From Eledone cirrhosa (taxonomy: Eukaryota): a stretch of DNA of 64,000 bases. The stretch spans positions 228,656,001-228,720,000 of the forward strand of contig OZ024741.1 in the NCBI GenBank assembly GCA_964016885.1, read 5' to 3'. Below are positions 57,506 through 64,000 of the stretch, one piece after another. The notes beneath the pieces are model-generated. The model saw nothing but the letters and a program-made list of their open reading frames with translations. It was not told where the DNA came from and made no database searches. A program made the position numbers and the translations under genes. Each line of letters opens with the position of its first letter. The stretch's first letter is position 1.

Positions 57506-58423
57506 TGCTGCCAGATATGACGGATAGTTTCGATATAAGAGGGCAACTGCCGGACGAACAAACAACCACGGACTAACAGCGATAAACTACATGGGGAGAT
57601 TGTGCAATGGTTGTCACCTGCAGCTCCCACGAAAACACTCACAACCCAGTGATGCAGCTATGACGAGGCGAGTAAAGGCCGCCTCTAAAAAAAGCCTAGT
57701 CATCGTGGGTTTAAGAAAGTGGTAATATTTTATAATTTTTCCAACCATTCTGTTTTTATCCCCCCCCCCCCCCCCACGCTTATTAAATTTTGGTAATCTA
57801 TCTCCGGCGAAATTTTATTGTAAGTGATTCATATAGATACAGCAGCTGGAGAATCTAATAGTAATTTTATTTAACATTAAAAAAATATTATATATGACAA
57901 GAAAAGAACATTACTAGAAATCCCATATCTACGAACATACACTGAACAATTACCGATACACCTTCCTCCGTTTATTCCATAGAAGGAAAAGCTAACCGTA
58001 GATGGGAAGAAAAACAAGCAACATGGTTATCCGATCAGCATAAGCTGGGTGGATTTCATATGTATATATATGTATGTGTATATATATATATATATATATG
58101 TATGTATATATATATATATATGTTTATATATATATATAAGTATATGTGTGTGTATGTATATATATATATATATAACGAAGGAAATGTGGTAAGGAACCAG
58201 GTGGACCATAACTTCTTCGCCCTCCCCCTCCCTAGTATCTTCTTTGACCTCATGCCCAGCTGTAACCGGCACTACCAACGCATGATTGGGTCTACTCCAC
58301 TCCCTCCCCTTTTTCTCCTATTGGCAGGTTTAGCCACCCTCTCCCCCACTAATTAGCCATCACAGAATTACTACTAACTTGTGACCAATCCTTGTGACAA
58401 TCACTTTGACCATATATGGAATT

Positions 58424-58522
58424 ACCCCTTGAGAAGCTCGGCTATTTATATACCAGGATAAATTTTTATTTAGTCCAGTCCAGAATTAGCCGTCGAAACG
58501 GCTTGAGCTCAGCCGTCGGGGT
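58424..58522 (+). ncRNA. Hammerhead with U3-A8 core variant, in TA-flanked element 58172-58537
   Basis: Stem I ACCCC/GGGGU, UUGAGAA, stem II CGGCUA/UAGCCG, GAAA, stem III ACGGCU/AGCCGU, GUC triplet. Partial copies at 60732-60890 and 61645-61832. Confidence 0.8.
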
Positions 58523-58532
58523 CTTACTGGTT

Positions 58533-58557
<25 letters not shown>

Positions 58558-58582
<25 letters not shown>

Positions 58583-60660
58583 CGAAACATAAGTCAATTG
58601 CATGAACCCATAATCCTTTATTTACTACTATATATATTTCGATGATAGCCATTGAATGGCTATGACCTCATTAGGCAGTTAGTCAGTTCTTAGATATGCC
58701 AGCTCTGTGTTTATAGTGTTGATGGTATCAGAGCCTTGGGACATATGAGCTTGTTAGGAATAATTTAATGTTGTCAGCAGGAATAGTCTTAATTCTCATT
58801 GGTCAGTTTGTAGATGCTAGTAGGGTTGGTATTTGACCTCAAAGAGGCAGGTGGTGTTGTAGAGTTCAAACCGTCAGGCAAGATGACAATAGTTCCGTAT
58901 TACTGATTTTCACAAAAAGCATTCCTGGTCATATATATATTCAATTAAGGTTAATAGTATGAAATAGATACTACAGGTCATTCTTAAATTGAGGAATTTA
59001 TCTGGAGTGGTGCTACTGAAAATTATGGTTAGAGTAGAAAATTTACAAATAAAAATACTTATGTAGGTTGGCTTGCACATACACTCACACCCACCTCCAC
59101 AGACACACACACACATCCACACATACAAGTTGAGGAATTAATGTGGAGTGGTAATACTTAAAATAATGGTAAGAGTCAAATACTTAGATAGTTTAGAAAG
59201 TTTAGAAATAAAAAGACTTATGTTGGTTGACTTGTACATACACTCACACCTACCCCCTCAGACACACACACATCTACACACACAAATCCATACAGGTGTG
59301 TATATATATATATATGTACGCACAAGTGCATATATATATTTACAACAGAGGGCCCCAAATACAAGTATAAGGCAGACATAGAACTAGGTGGCTGTTATTT
59401 AAAAAAAAAAGTAAAGTGGGTGTTAGGAAAAGTTATTGTTTAGACTAGACAAAGGTAGAGTGTGATATATATCTTCACAGCAATAGCTTGGGGGAGTTGG
59501 AGCTTAGGCGAATCCCTTAGTACAGACATATATACCCACCCACACTTTTATACTTCTGGATGCGCGTGTATGTCTAAATACACATGTGCACTCATACAAG
59601 AGAGTATATAAACATATACTCTTAAGCATACACTCGAACATCTATCAATCCAACCTGGGGTATTAGTATTACGTTGCGTTCACATGAGTGTGTACATTCA
59701 CGAAGTCCCAGTATACACACACAATGCACCGTTGCGGGCACTCATTCAGGCGTATAGGGTTAGTACCCTGGGATAATTGTTCTTCCTGTGTGGGCTGCTC
59801 CCGGGGGGGGGGGGTCCTCAGGTTCAATAAAACGTGGTTTCGATGACTCCTAACCAGTAGAGGATCCGGTGGACCATCCACCATAGGGAATACAAACTCT
59901 GGGTGGTTGTTATTGTCCATTGGTCATTGGTACGGGGTGTAGGGAACCTACAAGGGGGGCGTTGTGGGAAGCCTTAACCGGGGTTTATCCATATAGCTTG
60001 AGGAAAGTTCCCGTCCTTAGGTGTCTGCAGGCACCGAATAAGTCGGCCCTTCTGTTTAATAACTTGGTTCTGCCATGAAGTATCTCGAGTGTCTCACAGG
60101 TTGCAAATGCCAGACCCGCCTCTGTCTGGGGGAACATTTCTAACCACGGACCAGACCAGAGAGTGCGGGGTCTTTTCAAGTTTGAGCTCCAGATCAATAC
60201 AGAAAGGGCCGTAGATTTCCTCTTGTCTATTGTTAAAGGAATGGCGAGGGTTATACCACCTATCTTTGAAGCTCGTCGCTGTGGATCCTAAGTATTGGTG
60301 CTCCGGGTTAGGGGTTGTGACCTTGCACCTGTAGAATACGTTTTTTGTCATGCATTCATTACTAAGGGGGAATAGTGATGGGTCTCTTACATGACTTCTT
60401 AAGCCCCACCACATGTACCGCGTGATTACCATCACTCGGGGTTGGCTGGGTAGCCGCCGCAATCAGCACAGGGTCGTTGGGTTCCGGTGTACTATTTGGG
60501 CCTGTCCGGGGTCTGGTGCGTCCCGCGTGCTGGTTCAGTTGGGTGGCTCCGGGGTTTACGGTGGTATTAGAGGCAGTGAGCCTATTCCTATTTATGCCAG
60601 CTATGTGCTGGGCTACGGAGCGTGTGGTTGAGTAGGAAAGTTTCACCGTTTGCTTGTTGA

Positions 60661-60665
<5 letters not shown>
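58558..60665 (-). mobile_element. 5'-truncated PLE (Naiad-like) with G5A-mutated hammerhead at 58624-58679
   Basis: IFNKQTVKLSYS, PLSNECMTKNVFYRC..YLGSTATSFKDRW, CNL; ACUGC-CUAAUGA-stem II-GAAA-UAUAUA-UA-GUAGU. Confidence 0.85.
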
Positions 60666-60735
<70 letters not shown>

Positions 60736-60896
60736 CAAAGGAATTGTGGTAAGGAACCAGATGGACCATAACGCACCAGAGTACTCAATACTTAGGGTAG
60801 TAGAGTGGGAAATAGAAAAAAGTATGACCCCGACGGCAGAGCTCAAGCCGTTTCGGCGGCTATTTCTGGACTAGTCCAGAAATAGCCCTCGAGGGT

Positions 60897-61140
60897 CATT
60901 TATAATGGTATTAGAATGAAATAGTATGGTAGAATATTAAATGTTAAGTGTTAATTGAACAAGTACTTTCATGCTTTCGCAATCTTCAGGTTTATATTGT
61001 GTGGTGACAGTCAAGTTTGCAATTTTCCTGTCACCACACAATATAAACCTGAAGATTGTGAAAGCATGAAAGTACGGTTCAATTAACACTTAACATTTAA
61101 TATTCTACCATACTATTTCATTCTAATACCATTATAAATT
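60897..61140. repeat. Inverted repeat with ~113-bp arms
   Basis: 60897-61010 is inverted at 61028-61140. Confidence 0.9.
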
Positions 61141-61247
61141 TTAAAGGATTGTAAACAAAACGAGTAAATCAGACGAAGTTGGAATTCCTTTTATTAATAT
61201 AATCTTCTCTACAGAATCATAAACACCCGTGTATATTTATCTCTCAC

Positions 61248-61287
<40 letters not shown>

Positions 61288-61487
61288 TATAGATATATAT
61301 AGATGTGTATATATTTTTACAAAACATATTTTTTTCCATTTTCTAAAAAAACAAATCATACACAAAACGCCAGTACCATCAGTTTTGCAAGAGATGTCAA
61401 CATGAATGAACCTATTATTTTTATCTAAAGACATTTTTTCCATTTCCAACCCGCCCGTCCCCTTAATCTATTTTGTTTCTCATTCTT

Positions 61488-61523
61488 TCTTCTGATGAAG
61501 GATTAGCGTCCGAAACCTTAAGA
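61488..61523 (+). ncRNA. Minimal hammerhead ribozyme
   Basis: UCUU-CUGAUGA-(A)GGAU/GUCC-GAAA-CC-UU-AAGA; paralog of 11301-11336. Confidence 0.65.
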
Positions 61524-61608
61524 CCCTCTTCCTGCTATATCAAGCGTTAACCTAATATATACCTTCCATATTCTGTACCGAGTGTGTTGTTATTTCTGTA
61601 TACCTTTT

Positions 61609-61645
<37 letters not shown>

Positions 61646-61829
61646 GGAACCAGTAAGACCCCGACGGCTGAGCTCAAGCCGTTTCGACGGCTAATTCTGA
61701 ATTAGCCTTCGAAACGGCTTGAGCTCAGCCGTCGGGGACTTATTGGTTCCTATTACCCACTCTACTACCCTAAGTATTGAGTACTTTGGTGCGTTATGGT
61801 CCACCTGGTTCCTTACCACATTTCCTTCG

Positions 61830-61901
<72 letters not shown>

Positions 61902-62003
61902 TAAAATAACAGATTGAAGTTTGAGAAAAGAATCGCTGCTTTCACCTTTAACGGGATCTTTTAAAACATTTTGGATGTTAGTCTTCAAATTTATTATTAT
62001 TAC

Positions 62004-62093
<90 letters not shown>

Positions 62094-62260
62094 TTATATC
62101 TATATATATATAAATATAAATATATGTATATACATACCTACATACATACCAACCTAAATACATACATACCTACCGATATACATACATACATGCATAAATA
62201 TATGCAAACATACCTACCTATATAAATGCATACATACATGCATAAATACATACATTAATA

Positions 62261-62655
62261 CATGGTGGCTGCCAACTCGTTTTCGAGTACGGCCACCACT
62301 TTATATCCATGTAGGAGAACCCCTACCGATGCGCTGAACGAGTGTGACTTTTTAGTCCAGCCAGCGACTTGAAAACTCTGGTACAAACACTACGCTTGTG
62401 ACAATTATTGACACATAGTGCTGGGCCCATTGTACCATGTAACGACAAGTGCAGAGAGATCTCCAGATATAAAGCAATGCCTGTGCTGTGAAGCTTTTAT
62501 AGTGAGCAAAGGCACTGCACAAAGTCAGTCCCACTCTCGTAACCAAGATGATATTTACCAAAAAGAAGAACAAGTCAACATCATTGGATACCATCAGGGT
62601 TGCAGGTGTTTTATCAGAATTCTGCCTTGACAAAGTCTAAGGGGTCATCTCTCCT
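62261..62655 (-). mobile_element. RTE-derived non-autonomous element, 5'-truncated
   Basis: Homologous to 44488-44897. Confidence 0.88.
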
Positions 62656-63362
62656 GCATATATACATACATACATACATGCATACATACATACATACATA
62701 CATACATACATACATACATACATACATACATACATGCATGCATACATATCTACCTAGTTGATGTATAAATTCCAATGAGAGAGACTTGTGTCTATGATAG
62801 AAACCGACTCTCTCTCTATTGGGAAAAAATTTGTGAAATTATAAAACCAGAAAACATACATACATATATACATACATACACACATGCATACATATATACA
62901 TACATACATAGATACATACATACATAATTCATAGTCTAAAAATGGCTGCGATAGCTGGTACCTTCAAAATTTGCAAAACATTCTTGCGATTCAAGGGATG
63001 ACAATTTCTTTCCTCTTACATCGTTGCCACCAGGAAGGTGGCCGGTCAAAAATATACTCGAAATTAAGAGAAAGAGAGAACATAAATGCATACATACATT
63101 CATACATACATAATGGTTAACTGTAAATATTTTTTATTTTTTCTGGGGGGGTGGGGAGAACAGTGTCCATTACCCTTTAATTAAACACACACACACACAC
63201 ACAGGTACATTCATATACACATTTATTACCTTTCACTTTGTAAAAATGTGTGTCCTGGTGTTTTATATATTTGTTTATGTTTATTTCCTTTTTATGTGTG
63301 TGTGTGGGGGGGGGGGGGGGTTAGATACAATGAAATGTCTGTTCTATTGTACTGAATGCATC

Positions 63363-63402
<40 letters not shown>

Positions 63403-63615
63403 CTTATGTGTATCTATAGTTAGAGTAGTGATACATATTGATGCATACATTTATATATAAATATATAATATAATATAATATAATATATATATATATATAT
63501 AGTTATACTTGGGGAGGGTCATATTGTAATAATATTGGCAGAAGTAATAACGAACACACTCAGTTTGGTTGGTTTTCGCTTCTGTATCTCCATAGTTAAT
63601 TTATTGGGCAATCAA

Positions 63616-63652
<37 letters not shown>

Positions 63653-63726
63653 TAAGACAATACCTATATATTTGCTACCATAAGTATGCATCTGCGTGTA
63701 TATATATGTTACTAGATATACTAATT

Positions 63727-63800
<74 letters not shown>

Positions 63801-64000
63801 GAAAAAAATGAAACGAAATTTCATTTCCCACTCTTAGTACGGCTGTTACTTAAATATAAGTATGTATACGTACATACATATATGTATACAGACATACAGT
63901 AGTATGCATATATATATACACACATGCACACATATATATGTACGTATGGATTCACCGAACATTTATTATACGTACATATATATATGTATGTATATATATA

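Overview
AT-rich, repeat-dominated metazoan genomic DNA with no convincing host gene. The tRNA-derived SINE and very dense (TA)n/(CA)n microsatellites suggest a cephalopod such as octopus (inference). The window holds decayed RTE-clade LINEs and a bipartite non-autonomous RTE derivative, two Ty3/Gypsy fragments, an internally deleted mariner, nine copies of one tRNA-SINE and many Penelope-like element (PLE) pieces. Most ORFs in the supplied track are microsatellite artefacts. The main hidden layer is RNA-level: about 30 type I hammerhead ribozyme motifs from about 14 sequence families, mostly with palindromic stem III and some with a U3-A8 core variant. They include a near-perfect 485-bp tandem array (retrozyme-like, putative circular RNA) and a second ~430-bp family. 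Many of these elements sit in (TA)n tracts as tail-out fold-backs, which fits twin priming at self-complementary (TA)n. A fold-back element at 46.3-49.2 kb carries two diverged ~215-nt copies with compensatory base changes, a candidate unknown structured RNA. All folds and alignments were done by eye, and element boundaries are approximate.
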